Assembly (NCBI GenBank): GCA_910577885.1
Contig: CAJTNK010000002.1
Location: 21,580 to 85,579, forward strand
DNA length: 64,000 bases
Source of the DNA: an uncultured Rikenella sp.
GTDB lineage: Bacteria; Bacteroidota; Bacteroidia; Bacteroidales; Rikenellaceae
Reading direction: 5' to 3'
Positions 42,495-51,870 of this stretch are shown here, piece after piece (within the stretch, counting starts at the first letter, position 1; each line of letters begins with the position of its first letter). A program made the position numbers and the translations under genes. The notes below the pieces were generated by a model, which was not told the DNA's origin, ran no database searches, and worked only from the letters and a program-made list of their open reading frames with translations.

Positions 42495-43235
42495 ATGCAA
42501 AGTATGATTGAATTTCGCCAGCGGATATACCAGATCGTAGAAAAGAGCGAGGGGCACAGCGGACTCAGTTACGGATACGACATATTCATGTCCGTTTGCA
42601 TCTGCCTGAGCTTGTTGCCGCTGTTCTTTCGGCAGCAGTATCCGGTGTTTTACTATTTCGACCTCTTCACCGTTATTGTCTTTATCCTTGACTATATCGC
42701 CCATTGGATGACCGCCGACCTGCGGCGGACTTACTCGCATCGGTGGGCGGCGTTCTTGCTGTATCCGGTTACGCCGATGGGGATTGTGGATTTGTTGTCC
42801 ATTTTGCCCGGCGTCAATCTGCTGCCGAACGGGTACAAGATTTTCCGGGTGTCGCGGCTGCTGAAGATCGTGCGGGTGTTCAAATTCTTTCGGTACTCCG
42901 AGCAATTCCAGCTGCTGTTTCGCGTCCTGCGGAACGAACGGAAGGTGCTGTTGTCGGTGTTGATGATCGCCGTGTTTTACATCATCGTCACCGCGCTCGT
43001 CATGTTCAATGCCGGGCAGGGAAGTTCTCATTTCGACTCTTACTTCGATGCGTTGTATTGGGCCACGACGACCTTGACGACGGTAGGATACGGCGATATT
43101 TGCCCGGCGAATGACTTGGGGCGGGTGATTAGTATGCTTTCTGCGTTGTTCGGCGTGGCGATCATTGCGCTGCCGTCGGGGATTATCACGGCTTCTTACC
43201 TGGATGAATTGCGCAAGGAGCGGGACGGAAAATAG
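42495..43235 (+). CDS. 6TM voltage-gated-type K+ channel (246 aa)
   Basis: Selectivity filter TTLTTVGYGD. S4-like helix FRVSRLLKIVRVFKFFR with R/K at every third position (6 charges). S5, pore helix and S6 are recognisable. Confidence 0.85.
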   Translation: MQSMIEFRQRIYQIVEKSEGHSGLSYGYDIFMSVCICLSLLPLFFRQQYPVFYYFDLFTVIVFILDYIAHWMTADLRRTYSHRWAAFLLYPVTPMGIVDLLSILPGVNLLPNGYKIFRVSRLLKIVRVFKFFRYSEQFQLLFRVLRNERKVLLSVLMIAVFYIIVTALVMFNAGQGSSHFDSYFDALYWATTTLTTVGYGDICPANDLGRVISMLSALFGVAIIALPSGIITASYLDELRKERDGK

Positions 43236-43240
43236 GGGAT

Positions 43241-43263
43241 TTGTTGTGCAAATGTTGTGCGGA
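43241..43263 (+). promoter_or_regulatory. tandem arm-type integrase-binding repeats (right arm)
   Basis: TTGTTGTGCAAATGTTGTGCGGA. Same tandem motif and orientation as 7061-7084. Confidence 0.5.
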
Positions 43264-43270
43264 TAGAAAA

Positions 43271-43313
43271 AGAAAGAGAGATAATCAACTGAATGTCAAT
43301 TATCTCTCTTTCT
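43271..43313 (-). terminator. phage-supplied hairpin terminator immediately 3' of tRNA-Leu
   Basis: AGAAAGAGAGATAAT / ATTATCTCTCTTTCT is a 15-bp perfect stem. On the minus strand it follows the tRNA CCA end and is followed by a T-run. Confidence 0.5.
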
Positions 43314-43316
43314 TCA

Positions 43317-43401
43317 TGGTGCCCAGGACAGGAATCGAACCTGCACGCCTTGCGGCACACGCACCTGAAACGTGCGCGTCTACCTATTCCGCCACCTGGG
43401 C
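43317..43401 (-). tRNA. tRNA-Leu (anticodon CAG), type II with long variable arm, CCA encoded
   Basis: Folded by hand: acceptor GCCCAGG/CCTGGGC. Anticodon stem CACGT/GCGTG with loop TT-CAG-GT. Variable arm TGCCGCAAGGCGT. T arm GCAGG-TTCGATT-CCTGT. Discriminator A plus CCA. Confidence 0.85.
43319..43339. repeat. attR core (within the tRNA-Leu 3' end)
   Basis: GTGCCCAGGACAGGAATCGAA, partner of 6919-6939. Confidence 0.65.
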
Positions 43402-43546
43402 CTATATAGCAATACAAAGTAAAGCGATGCACCCTCATCAGATGCAGGGACAAAAGTAGAATATTCTTCCGAAATCTGCAAACCCTCGTCGAAAAAATCT
43501 ATCGAAAAACACTCCAAAAACGATTAATCTCCTCAGAGACAGCAGT

Positions 43547-44242
43547 CTAAAAAATCTCCTTCAGCTCCCGTAAACTCCGCACCTCGTGCAACGGCCGTTG
43601 GTCGTGCTCCGCCCCCGTGGGGTTGACGAAAACCGACGGCATCCCCACCGTCGACGATCCGTAAATATCCGTGTAGACATCGTCCCCCACCATGATACAC
43701 TCCCCGGGCCCCACCTCCGCTTTGCGCATGGCGTATTCGAAGATCCCCGGATTGGGTTTCCCGATCCCCGCGAACTCGGACGTCGTGATGCGCTGGAAGA
43801 ATCGCCCCAAACCGCTGCACTCCACCTTGCGAAACTGCACCTCATTGAACCCGTTGGTGATGAGCGACATCGGATAGCCCTTGCCGTGGAGGTACTCCAG
43901 CGTCTCGATCGAGTGCGGCATCAGGGTATTGAACGTCGGCGAGATCCGCAGGTACTCGTTGCTCATCTCCATCGCCAACCGCGGGTCGTCGATCCCGGCC
44001 GAAGCCAGGAGCCGCACGAAGCGTTGATTCCGGAGCGTCTCGCGATCCACAATCCCGTCCCGGTACTCGATCCAGAGCCGTTGGTTGATCTCGCGAAACG
44101 TTCCGTAATAGGCGTCGAAATCCGGAAATCGGTCCGCCATGCCGAACGTCGCGAAGAGTTCGCGCTGAGCCGCCTCCTGATTGGCGCGGACATCCCAGAA
44201 AGTGTCGTCGAGGTCGAAGAAGATGTGTTTGTAGTGCAACAT
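43547..44242 (-). CDS. HAD-superfamily hydrolase (YjjG-like nucleotidase type, 231 aa)
   Basis: Motif [11 protein letters not shown], motif II LITNG, K in GIGKPNP, motif IV MVGDD. Start at the internal Met of track ORF 43547..44419. Confidence 0.75.
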   Translation of the reverse strand: MLHYKHIFFDLDDTFWDVRANQEAAQRELFATFGMADRFPDFDAYYGTFREINQRLWIEYRDGIVDRETLRNQRFVRLLASAGIDDPRLAMEMSNEYLRISPTFNTLMPHSIETLEYLHGKGYPMSLITNGFNEVQFRKVECSGLGRFFQRITTSEFAGIGKPNPGIFEYAMRKAEVGPGECIMVGDDVYTDIYGSSTVGMPSVFVNPTGAEHDQRPLHEVRSLRELKEIF

Positions 44243-44427
44243 ACCGAGCGAGAATTCAGAGTACAAAAATAGCGAAAAATCGGGTAAACGCGTCACTCCG
44301 CCCCGGGTCGGGCGAGATGACAGAAAAAGGTGACATTTTGGCAGCCCTGCGTTTTTGGCACAACAGTTGCAGGTTAGGCGGATACCGAAACGAAAATAAA
44401 GTAACAAATAAAAAACCAATCAATACT

Positions 44428-46350
44428 ATGGGAAAAATTATCGGTATCGACCTGGGGACGACCAACTCCTGCGTCTCGGTCATGGAAGGCAACGAACCCG
44501 TTGTGATTCCGAACAGCGAGGGGCACCGGACCACACCGTCGATCGTGGCTTTCACCGAAAACGGCGAACGCAAGGTGGGGGATCCGGCCAAACGACAGGC
44601 GATTACCAATCCGAAACGGACCATTTTTTCGATCAAACGGTTCATGGGCGAGACCTACGCCCAGGTGAAAGGCGAGCTCGACCGCGTGCCGTATGAGGTG
44701 AAAGACGAACACGGCGTGCCGCGGATCGCCATCGACGGACGGTTGTACAGTCCGCAGGAAATCTCGGCCATGGTGCTTCAGAAGATGAAGAAAACCGCCG
44801 AAGATTACCTGGGTCAGGAAGTGACGGAAGCGGTGATCACCGTACCGGCTTACTTCAACGACGCACAGCGGCAGGCTACCAAGGAGGCCGGCGAGATTGC
44901 CGGGTTGAAAGTGGCCCGGATCATTAATGAGCCGACTGCTGCGGCTTTGGCCTACGGGCTGGAGAAGTCAGACAAGGACATGAAGATCGCCGTTTACGAC
45001 CTCGGGGGGGGGACGTTCGACATCTCGATCCTGGAATTGGGAGACGGGGTGTTCGAAGTGAAGTCGACGAACGGGGACACGCACCTCGGGGGCGACGACT
45101 TCGACCACGTGATTATCGACTGGCTGGCCGGCGAGTTCGAAGCGCAGCACCATGTGGACCTGCGAAAGGATCCGATGGCCTTGCAGCGGTTGAAAGAAGC
45201 CGCCGAAAAGGCGAAAATCGAGCTTTCGAGCGCCACTTCGACGGAGATCAACCTGCCGTATATCATGCCGATCGACGGCATTCCGCAGCACCTGGTGACG
45301 ACCCTCACGCGGGCCAAGTTCGAACAGCTGGCCGACAAGCTGATCCACGCCACGATCGAACCGTGTCGGAAGGCACTGGAAGATGCCGGGCTGACCGCTT
45401 CGCAGATCGACGACGTTATCTTGGTGGGGGGGTCGACCCGTATTCCGGCCATCCAGCAGGTGGTGAAAGAGTTCTTCGGCAAGGAGCCGTCGAAAGGGGT
45501 GAACCCGGACGAAGTGGTGGCCATCGGGGCGGCCATTCAGGGCGGGGTATTGACCGGTGAGGTGAAAGATGTCCTGCTGTTGGACGTTACCCCGCTGTCG
45601 CTCGGGATCGAGACGATGGGGGGCGTGATGACCAAGCTGATCGACGCCAACACGACCATTCCGACCCGCAAGTCGGAGGTCTTCAGCACCGCTTCGGACA
45701 ACCAGCCTTCGGTCGAAATCCACGTCTTGCAGGGCGAACGACAAATGGCACGGGATAATAAGACCATCGGCCGGTTCCACCTGGACGGCATTCCGGCGGC
45801 GCCGCGGGGCGTACCGCAGATCGAAGTGACCTTCGACATCGACGCCAACGGGATTCTGAACGTCTCGGCCAAGGACAAAGGAACCGGCAAGGAACAAAGC
45901 ATCCGGATCGAAGCTTCGTCGGGGTTGACCGACGCCGAAATCCAGCGCATGCGGGACGAGGCCAAGGCCAATGAGGCGAAAGACAAAGAGGAACGCGAAC
46001 GGATCGACAAGATCAATGGCGCCGACTCGCTGATTTTCAGCACGGAAAAGCAGCTCAAGGAGTACGGCGACAAGATTCCGGCTGATAAGAAGTCGGCCAT
46101 CGAGACGGCACTGAACGGTCTGAAAGAGGCGCACAAGGCCCAGAACCTGGCCGACATCGACAAGTACTCGGAAGGTCTGAATGCGGCTTGGCAGGCGGCT
46201 TCGCAGGACATCTACAATGCGAACAACGCCGGCGGCGGAGCTGCCGGCGGACCGGGAGCCGGTGCTGCTGGCGCGGGCGCGGGCAATGCCTCGCAGAGCC
46301 AGCAGCAGGACGAAGGTCCGCACGACGTCGAATTCGAAGAGGTCAAATAA
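44428..46350 (+). CDS. dnaK: molecular chaperone DnaK (Hsp70, 640 aa)
   Basis: [35 protein letters not shown] and the full-length Hsp70 layout. Start at internal Met. Confidence 0.97.
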   Translation: MGKIIGIDLGTTNSCVSVMEGNEPVVIPNSEGHRTTPSIVAFTENGERKVGDPAKRQAITNPKRTIFSIKRFMGETYAQVKGELDRVPYEVKDEHGVPRIAIDGRLYSPQEISAMVLQKMKKTAEDYLGQEVTEAVITVPAYFNDAQRQATKEAGEIAGLKVARIINEPTAAALAYGLEKSDKDMKIAVYDLGGGTFDISILELGDGVFEVKSTNGDTHLGGDDFDHVIIDWLAGEFEAQHHVDLRKDPMALQRLKEAAEKAKIELSSATSTEINLPYIMPIDGIPQHLVTTLTRAKFEQLADKLIHATIEPCRKALEDAGLTASQIDDVILVGGSTRIPAIQQVVKEFFGKEPSKGVNPDEVVAIGAAIQGGVLTGEVKDVLLLDVTPLSLGIETMGGVMTKLIDANTTIPTRKSEVFSTASDNQPSVEIHVLQGERQMARDNKTIGRFHLDGIPAAPRGVPQIEVTFDIDANGILNVSAKDKGTGKEQSIRIEASSGLTDAEIQRMRDEAKANEAKDKEERERIDKINGADSLIFSTEKQLKEYGDKIPADKKSAIETALNGLKEAHKAQNLADIDKYSEGLNAAWQAASQDIYNANNAGGGAAGGPGAGAAGAGAGNASQSQQQDEGPHDVEFEEVK

Positions 46351-46378
46351 GAGCGGTTTTTGACTTCAGACCATGCAC

Positions 46379-46422
46379 AGCGTCCCGCCTTGGATAAGAT
46401 TCCAAGGCGGGACGCTCTTTTT
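46379..46422 (+). terminator. dnaK rho-independent terminator
   Basis: AGCGTCCCGCCTTGG / CCAAGGCGGGACGCT is a 15-bp stem followed by CTTTTT. Confidence 0.7.
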
Positions 46423-46804
46423 CTCGGCCCACGCGGGACAGGCTGCCTTCTGCGAGCCTTTCGACTCACCGGGCTTTGTCATGGGCTACCGAAGCACGCC
46501 GACTCTTGGGAGAGACGCAGTCCGTCCCCCAAGAAAATTGGCGAACTGCACCCTCAAAAGACGATACGCCGTTTCCATCCATTTTTCAGTGGATGGAAAC
46601 GGCGTATTTTCTATGCCAACGACTCCGCCGGAGAGACCCGATGCCTGGCCCGCTGACAAAAAGACGGCTGGCAAAAGGACGATCGACAAAAGGCGGCCCG
46701 ATGCCGGACACAAAAAAAGCTTCCCCCGGGTACAAAACCCGGAGGAAGCCTCTCTCTTTTAAAACAGCAGGCAGAAAAAATCCTTCCCGCCCCCTATGCC
46801 TAAA

Positions 46805-47959
46805 CTACTCCAGCCTCCTCGATCCGTCCGAAATGACCACCGGATAGACCTTGCAATCAATGCCGAACTTCGCCTTGTACTTAGCCCGCACCGTTTCGAT
46901 AAACGCCTCGTACTTCGGCACCGGCACGACATTGATCGTACACCCGCCGAATCCTCCGCCCATGATCCGCGATCCGGTCACGCCGCACTCCTTGGCCACC
47001 TCGTTGAGAAAATCGAGCTCCTCGCACGAGACCTCGTAGAGAACAGACATCCCGACATGCGTGCCGTACATCTTCCTCCCCACCGTCTCGTAGTCTCCCG
47101 CCTCCAAAGCCGCACAAGCGTCCAACAGCCGCTGCACCTCATCGATCGCATACTTGGCCCGGATATAGTCCTCCTGCGAGATCACCCCGATCACCTCTTC
47201 GAGCCACTCCGGCCGGGCATCCCTGAGGAACTCAACCCCCGGATGGCGCTGTTGAATCGCCTTGACCGCCCGTTCACAGCTTTCGCGCCGTTTGTTGTAC
47301 GGCGACCCCACCAGCTCATGCTTGACACACGAGTCGATCAGCACCACCTTGTACCCGTGCGCCTCCGGATCGAACGGCACGTACTGGAACTCACCGGTCT
47401 TGCAATCGAGCCGCATCAGATTCCCCGCCTTGCCATGCACCGAAGCGAACTGGTCCATAATCCCGCACTTCACCCCCACATAATTATGTTCCGTAGCCTG
47501 CCCCACCTGAGCCAGCGTCATTTTGTCGAGCCCGAGCCCGAGCATCTCATTGAGCGCAAAGGCATAGGTGCTCTCCAACGCCGCCGAACTCGACATCCCC
47601 GCCCCGAGCGGCACATCGCCCGAGAAGACGGTATCGAAACCTTTAATCGTCCCTCCCCGCTTAGTAAGTTCCCGGCACACGCCGAAGATATACTTCGCCC
47701 ATTGCTCCTTCGGCGCATCAGTCTCCGCAAGCCCGAACTCGGCGCTTTCGCCCAAGTCCAGCGCAAAAGCCCGAACCTTATCCGTCCCGTTGAAAATAAT
47801 CTCGGCCACCATCCCCTTATCCACCGCCCCCGGGAGCACAAACCCTCCGTTATAATCGGTATGCTCTCCGATGAGATTGACCCGCCCCGGCGAAGTGTAC
47901 ACCGCCCCCTGGGTTCCGTACAACTCCTTGAATTTTTCGCGAACTTTCGTAATATCCAT
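46805..47959 (-). CDS. galK: galactokinase (384 aa)
   Basis: GRVNLIGEHTDYNGGFVLP and the GHMP motif PLGAGMSSSAA. Confidence 0.93.
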   Translation of the reverse strand: MDITKVREKFKELYGTQGAVYTSPGRVNLIGEHTDYNGGFVLPGAVDKGMVAEIIFNGTDKVRAFALDLGESAEFGLAETDAPKEQWAKYIFGVCRELTKRGGTIKGFDTVFSGDVPLGAGMSSSAALESTYAFALNEMLGLGLDKMTLAQVGQATEHNYVGVKCGIMDQFASVHGKAGNLMRLDCKTGEFQYVPFDPEAHGYKVVLIDSCVKHELVGSPYNKRRESCERAVKAIQQRHPGVEFLRDARPEWLEEVIGVISQEDYIRAKYAIDEVQRLLDACAALEAGDYETVGRKMYGTHVGMSVLYEVSCEELDFLNEVAKECGVTGSRIMGGGFGGCTINVVPVPKYEAFIETVRAKYKAKFGIDCKVYPVVISDGSRRLE

Positions 47960-47990
47960 AAGTGTTTATTTAGAGAGGTATAAGGGTTGG

Positions 47991-49289
47991 TTAGTCTACG
48001 GGAATATTTTTGTTTACGTTTTTGCTCCCGATAAGAGCGTAGTACAAGATATAAGCTACGGCAGCGACAATCACCCAGTAGGAAGCCATATAGCTTTCGG
48101 TGAGGTCAGCCACTCCGCCTTGGATCAGCGGGAGAATACCGCCGCCGCACACCATCACCATGAACAAGCCCGACCCCATAGCAGTGTACTTACCGAGCCC
48201 TTCAACCGCCAGGTTGAAAATACCGCCCCACATAACCGAAGTGCAGAGGCCGCAGAGCACGAAAAACATAACCCCCATCGGAACAGCAGCCATGGCAAAA
48301 CCGGCTCCGGTGAAGACAGGCATCGAGACCGTGGTGGAAGTGGGCGCATACATGCCGACAAGCAAGAAAAGGATAGCGAGCGTGCTGACAAAGGCGATTT
48401 GTGCCTTAGCCGAGAATTTCCCGCCGAGTACGCCTCCGAGCAGACGACCGCACATCATCAAGAACCAGTAAGTTCCGACCACGGAACCGGCCAGTGCGGC
48501 ATCCAAGCCCATCCCCGGGGTTTCACCTGTAGCGGGATTGGTCAGGAAGAGGTTGATGAAGTTCGGAATCCCTACCTCTACCCCCACATAGAGGAAGATG
48601 GCAATCGTCCCCAGGAGAAAGTGACGGAACGAAAGAGCACTGTGTTTATCTTTGACTTGGGTTTCTTTTTTCTCCGCTTCGCGGTTGGGTTCAGGGAGCT
48701 GCATGATGGCCAGCACGATGAATGCCACAGCGAAGATCCCCATAGCAATGAAGAGGGCCGGCGCCGCATCGCTAATAGTCGCCTGCGCGGCATTCCCCAT
48801 GAGGTACCCGACCAGAATCGGGACAATCGTTGCCGAGATCGAGTTCAACGTACCGCCGAATTGGATCAACTGATTCCCTTTTTTACCCCCCCCCCCCAGG
48901 GTGTTCAGCAACGGGTTAACGACCGTGTTCAACATACACATCGAGAAACCGGAGACAAAAGCCCCGCAAAGGTATACTCCGAAACTACCGGCCTCGCCCG
49001 ACAGGAACTGGATACCGACACCGATAAAACCGACAGCAATAGCCAGCAGGGCTGTTTTTTTGTATCCGATTTTCTGGAGCAGCAGCCCGGCGGGAATCCC
49101 CATAAAGGCATAAGCAATGAAGTTCGCGGCATTACCCAGCTGCGACATCCAGTTGGCCACGGCAAACTGGTTCTTGACAATCACACCAATCGGGTTGGTC
49201 AAACCGGTCACAAACGAAATCATCGCAAAGAGCGCGAACATCATTGCAATAGGCAATGCATAGTTTTTTTTCTGTTGAGTTTGAGTCAT
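47991..49289 (-). CDS. MFS sugar transporter, glucose/galactose (GluP/FucP-like) type (432 aa)
   Basis: 12-TM layout. The N-terminus YALPIAMMFALFAMISFVTGLTNPIGVIVKNQF...NFIAYAFMGIPAGLLLQKIGYKK is typical of the family. Located between galK and galM. Confidence 0.85.
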   Translation of the reverse strand: MTQTQQKKNYALPIAMMFALFAMISFVTGLTNPIGVIVKNQFAVANWMSQLGNAANFIAYAFMGIPAGLLLQKIGYKKTALLAIAVGFIGVGIQFLSGEAGSFGVYLCGAFVSGFSMCMLNTVVNPLLNTLGGGGKKGNQLIQFGGTLNSISATIVPILVGYLMGNAAQATISDAAPALFIAMGIFAVAFIVLAIMQLPEPNREAEKKETQVKDKHSALSFRHFLLGTIAIFLYVGVEVGIPNFINLFLTNPATGETPGMGLDAALAGSVVGTYWFLMMCGRLLGGVLGGKFSAKAQIAFVSTLAILFLLVGMYAPTSTTVSMPVFTGAGFAMAAVPMGVMFFVLCGLCTSVMWGGIFNLAVEGLGKYTAMGSGLFMVMVCGGGILPLIQGGVADLTESYMASYWVIVAAVAYILYYALIGSKNVNKNIPVD

Positions 49290-49317
49290 CTTGATTTTGG
49301 TTTATTTTGAGTTTCGA

Positions 49318-50430
49318 TTATTTCGTTCCGAACCGATAGACAATATGCTGCTCATAAGTCTCCCCAGCCCTCAACACCACGCTCGGAAAATCCTTCCGAT
49401 TGGGCGAGTCCGGAAAGGCCTGGCACTCCATCGCCACCCCATCCCTGTCGGCATAAAAATGACCGGCCATTTTCGATTCCGGCGAGCCTGCGAGCCAGTT
49501 TCCCGTATAAATCTGTATCCCCGGCTGCGTCGTGGCCACCTCCACAAACCGCCCCGACTCCTCCGAGTACAACTCCGCCACCGCACGAACCCCATCCGTC
49601 AACCCCGGATCGATCACCCAACAATGGTCATACCCTTTCCCCCACTCCAACTGCTGAAAAGAGGTATCCCCGATACGTTCCCCGATTTTATGTGCGCTCC
49701 GGAAGTCCATCGGCGTCCCCTCCACCAGCGCCGGCGCCTCTCCTTGCGGCAAGGGTATCGCCGTCCGGTCCGTCGGCAGGTAGCGCGATGCGTTCAAAGT
49801 CAAAGTATGCTCCAACACCGACCCCGCGTCATGCCCATTCAGATTAAAATAGACATGATTGGTCAGATTGACAATCGTGGAGGAAGCAGCAGTATCCTCA
49901 CCCAACCTGGCATAATAGGTGATCTCCAGCCGATTATCATCCCCCCAGTCATAACACGCCTCTACGTACAAATCCCCCGGATAGCCCTCCTCCCCCGCCG
50001 CAGAACGGTAGCCGAACACCACCCGATCCCCCTCGACCCGTCCCTCCCACAGCCGATTGGCAAACCCGGTCGGCCCGCCATGCAAGTGATTGGGTCCATT
50101 ATTAATGGCCAACCTATACGTAGCCCCATCCAAAGCAAACGAGCCTTTGGCAATCCGGTTGGCATACCTCCCCACGCTCTTCCCCATAGCCGGTCCATCG
50201 GCCACATACGACTGCCACCGGCCATACCCCAACACCACATCCTCCATCCTCCCCTCCCGGTCCGGCACCGTCACCCCCACAATCGCCGCCCCGTAATTGG
50301 TCAGCTTCACCTGAGCCCCCGCCGCGTTGGTCATCGTATAGAGAATCACCGGCTCTCCCCCGCCGCTCTCCCCTCCCCCCGCGGAAGACTCGGGCGTGAA
50401 ACCCCATACCTGTTGCGTGATCTCGTTCAT
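49318..50430 (-). CDS. galM: aldose 1-epimerase / galactose mutarotase (370 aa)
   Basis: NNGPNHLHGGPTGF, TNHVYFNL and the overall length. Confidence 0.9.
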   Translation of the reverse strand: MNEITQQVWGFTPESSAGGGESGGGEPVILYTMTNAAGAQVKLTNYGAAIVGVTVPDREGRMEDVVLGYGRWQSYVADGPAMGKSVGRYANRIAKGSFALDGATYRLAINNGPNHLHGGPTGFANRLWEGRVEGDRVVFGYRSAAGEEGYPGDLYVEACYDWGDDNRLEITYYARLGEDTAASSTIVNLTNHVYFNLNGHDAGSVLEHTLTLNASRYLPTDRTAIPLPQGEAPALVEGTPMDFRSAHKIGERIGDTSFQQLEWGKGYDHCWVIDPGLTDGVRAVAELYSEESGRFVEVATTQPGIQIYTGNWLAGSPESKMAGHFYADRDGVAMECQAFPDSPNRKDFPSVVLRAGETYEQHIVYRFGTK

Positions 50431-50465
50431 CCTGATAATTTTATGTAAATCGATATATCTCTGTC

Positions 50466-50875
50466 GGGCACACCCGTTGGGTGTTTTATTTATTGGGTTC
50501 GAGCGGCAACGTGCCTGTGCTGCACGACACGCGGGATTGGCCCGCCGGACGAAATTTGCATGGACCGCGCGCCTTGCGATTCATACTCCATTCCGGCTTA
50601 CGCCGAAGTAGTTGAATCGCTCTTAAGGCGTGGCGCGCGCACCCACAGGGTGTTTTGCTGGCCTGCCGGTTGCAACTTACATTGTCCGCACGCTGGCGGA
50701 ACTTGGCCAAAACAACTCTCGGTTGTTCGATCCATTTCCTACTCCAGCAGTCGCGCGGTACCGCTCGGCACTCGAAAGCTGGAGTTGGCTCGGCAACAAG
50801 CTACGACTGCCCTACGCGGGCGGCGGCCTAAATAAGGCCGAGAGAACCCCAGCAAAACACCCAACGGGTGCGCCG
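50466..50875. repeat. intergenic repeat family B element bounded by inverted repeats
   Basis: GGCACACCCGTTGGGTGTTTT (50466-50487) is the reverse complement (20/21) of AAAACACCCAACGGGTGCGCC (50853-50875). Internal segments recur at 58862-58933 and 61634-61672. Confidence 0.5.
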
Positions 50876-50934
50876 GGCGGGCGCGCCCACAGGGCGTCTT
50901 ATTGGTCTACCCGACAAGCCCCCCCCCAAAAAAG

Positions 50935-51870
50935 CTACTCCCCCCACAGCCGCCGCGGATAAACCCCCGCGGCAATCAAATCCTCCACCCGCCGCACCGT
51001 CCCCGGCCGGTCCTCCTTATAAGTCACCCCGAACCAATCACTGGTCGTGTGCAACACCCGGAGTTTCGCCACCCGCTCCGACACCAGCTTATTGACCAGC
51101 AGCGGAATAAAGAATTCCGCTTTCAAGTTCCCCGACGCCAACGCCTCGTCCAAGAACCGCCGGAAATAATCGACCGAATGTCTGAAATAGTCGGGCGTAA
51201 ACCCGAACAAGTTCATCGACACCGGCGTATTCTCCGCCAACGGATGCTTCCCACACGCCTCATCGATATAGACGATCCCCCCTCCATCGCCGGAAGGCTC
51301 CCGTATAATTTTCGTCCGCTCCACAATCGACTCCAAGTACCCCTCCCCATCGATCGTACACACCCCGCGCGACACCGTCCCATTCTCCGACAGCGTCTTG
51401 CACACCTCGTACCCCACCATCGCATATTGCCCCTCAGCCCCCTCCGGCAACGCCGCCAGGTAACGCCCCATCTGCGCAATGGCATCCTGCCCGTAGAAGT
51501 CATCGGCATTAATCACCGCAAACGGCTCTCCGATCACCGCCCCGCCCATCATCAACGCATGGTTCGTCCCCCACGGCTTCTCCCTCCCCTCCGGCACGGC
51601 ATACCCCTCCGGCAACCCCGAGTCCAGTTCCTGAAACACATACTCCACGTCAATCTTATGTCCGAACCGTTCCGGATTGAAAACCTCCTTGAACTCCGCC
51701 CCAAAGCTGTTCCGAATCACAAAAACCACCTTCCCGAACCCCGCCCGAATGGCGTCATAAATCGAATAGTCGATAATCGCTTCCCCATTCGGCCCAATGC
51801 CATCCATCTGCTTGAGCGATCCATACCGCGACCCCATACCGGCCGCCAATACCAAAAGTGTCGGTTTCAT
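50935..51870 (-). CDS. sugar-phosphate nucleotidyltransferase (311 aa)
   Basis: LVLAAGMGSRYG (G-x-G-T/S-R nucleotide loop), KPWGTNHA, INADDFYG. Start at internal Met. Confidence 0.7.
   Translation of the reverse strand: MKPTLLVLAAGMGSRYGSLKQMDGIGPNGEAIIDYSIYDAIRAGFGKVVFVIRNSFGAEFKEVFNPERFGHKIDVEYVFQELDSGLPEGYAVPEGREKPWGTNHALMMGGAVIGEPFAVINADDFYGQDAIAQMGRYLAALPEGAEGQYAMVGYEVCKTLSENGTVSRGVCTIDGEGYLESIVERTKIIREPSGDGGGIVYIDEACGKHPLAENTPVSMNLFGFTPDYFRHSVDYFRRFLDEALASGNLKAEFFIPLLVNKLVSERVAKLRVLHTTSDWFGVTYKEDRPGTVRRVEDLIAAGVYPRRLWGE

Larger units (their letters stand above)
6919..43339. mobile_element. complete temperate prophage (~36.4 kb) integrated in the 3' end of tRNA-Leu(CAG)
   Basis: Direct repeats at 6919-6939 and 43319-43339 (12-nt identical core, 19/21 overall). 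Integrase next to the left repeat. Matching tandem arm-type repeats just inside both ends. Full set of head, tail, lysis, replication and repressor genes in between. Confidence 0.75.

Noticed and set aside
43402-43546. Searched for a Bacteroides-type -7 box for tRNA-Leu
   Set aside because: Only a near match (TACTTTGT) is present, which is not good enough to call a promoter.
44968-46323. 451-aa minus-strand ORF
   Set aside because: It is an antisense shadow of dnaK.
46564-46607. 17-bp hairpin ATACGCCGTTTCCATCC / GGATGGAAACGGCGTAT in the dnaK-galK spacer, considered as a small-RNA terminator
   Set aside because: I could identify no promoter or conserved partner sequence. It is most simply a second or bidirectional terminator between convergent genes.
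46796-50448. Three long + strand ORFs (46796-47983, 47871-49310, 49291-50448)
   Set aside because: They are antisense to galK, the MFS transporter and galM respectively. Their translations are proline/arginine/histidine-rich nonsense.
50919-50934. C9 A7 homopolymer pair, considered as a phase-variation site
   Set aside because: It lies immediately downstream of the nucleotidyltransferase stop, in a non-coding 3' position with no gene start nearby. No obvious regulatory consequence follows.
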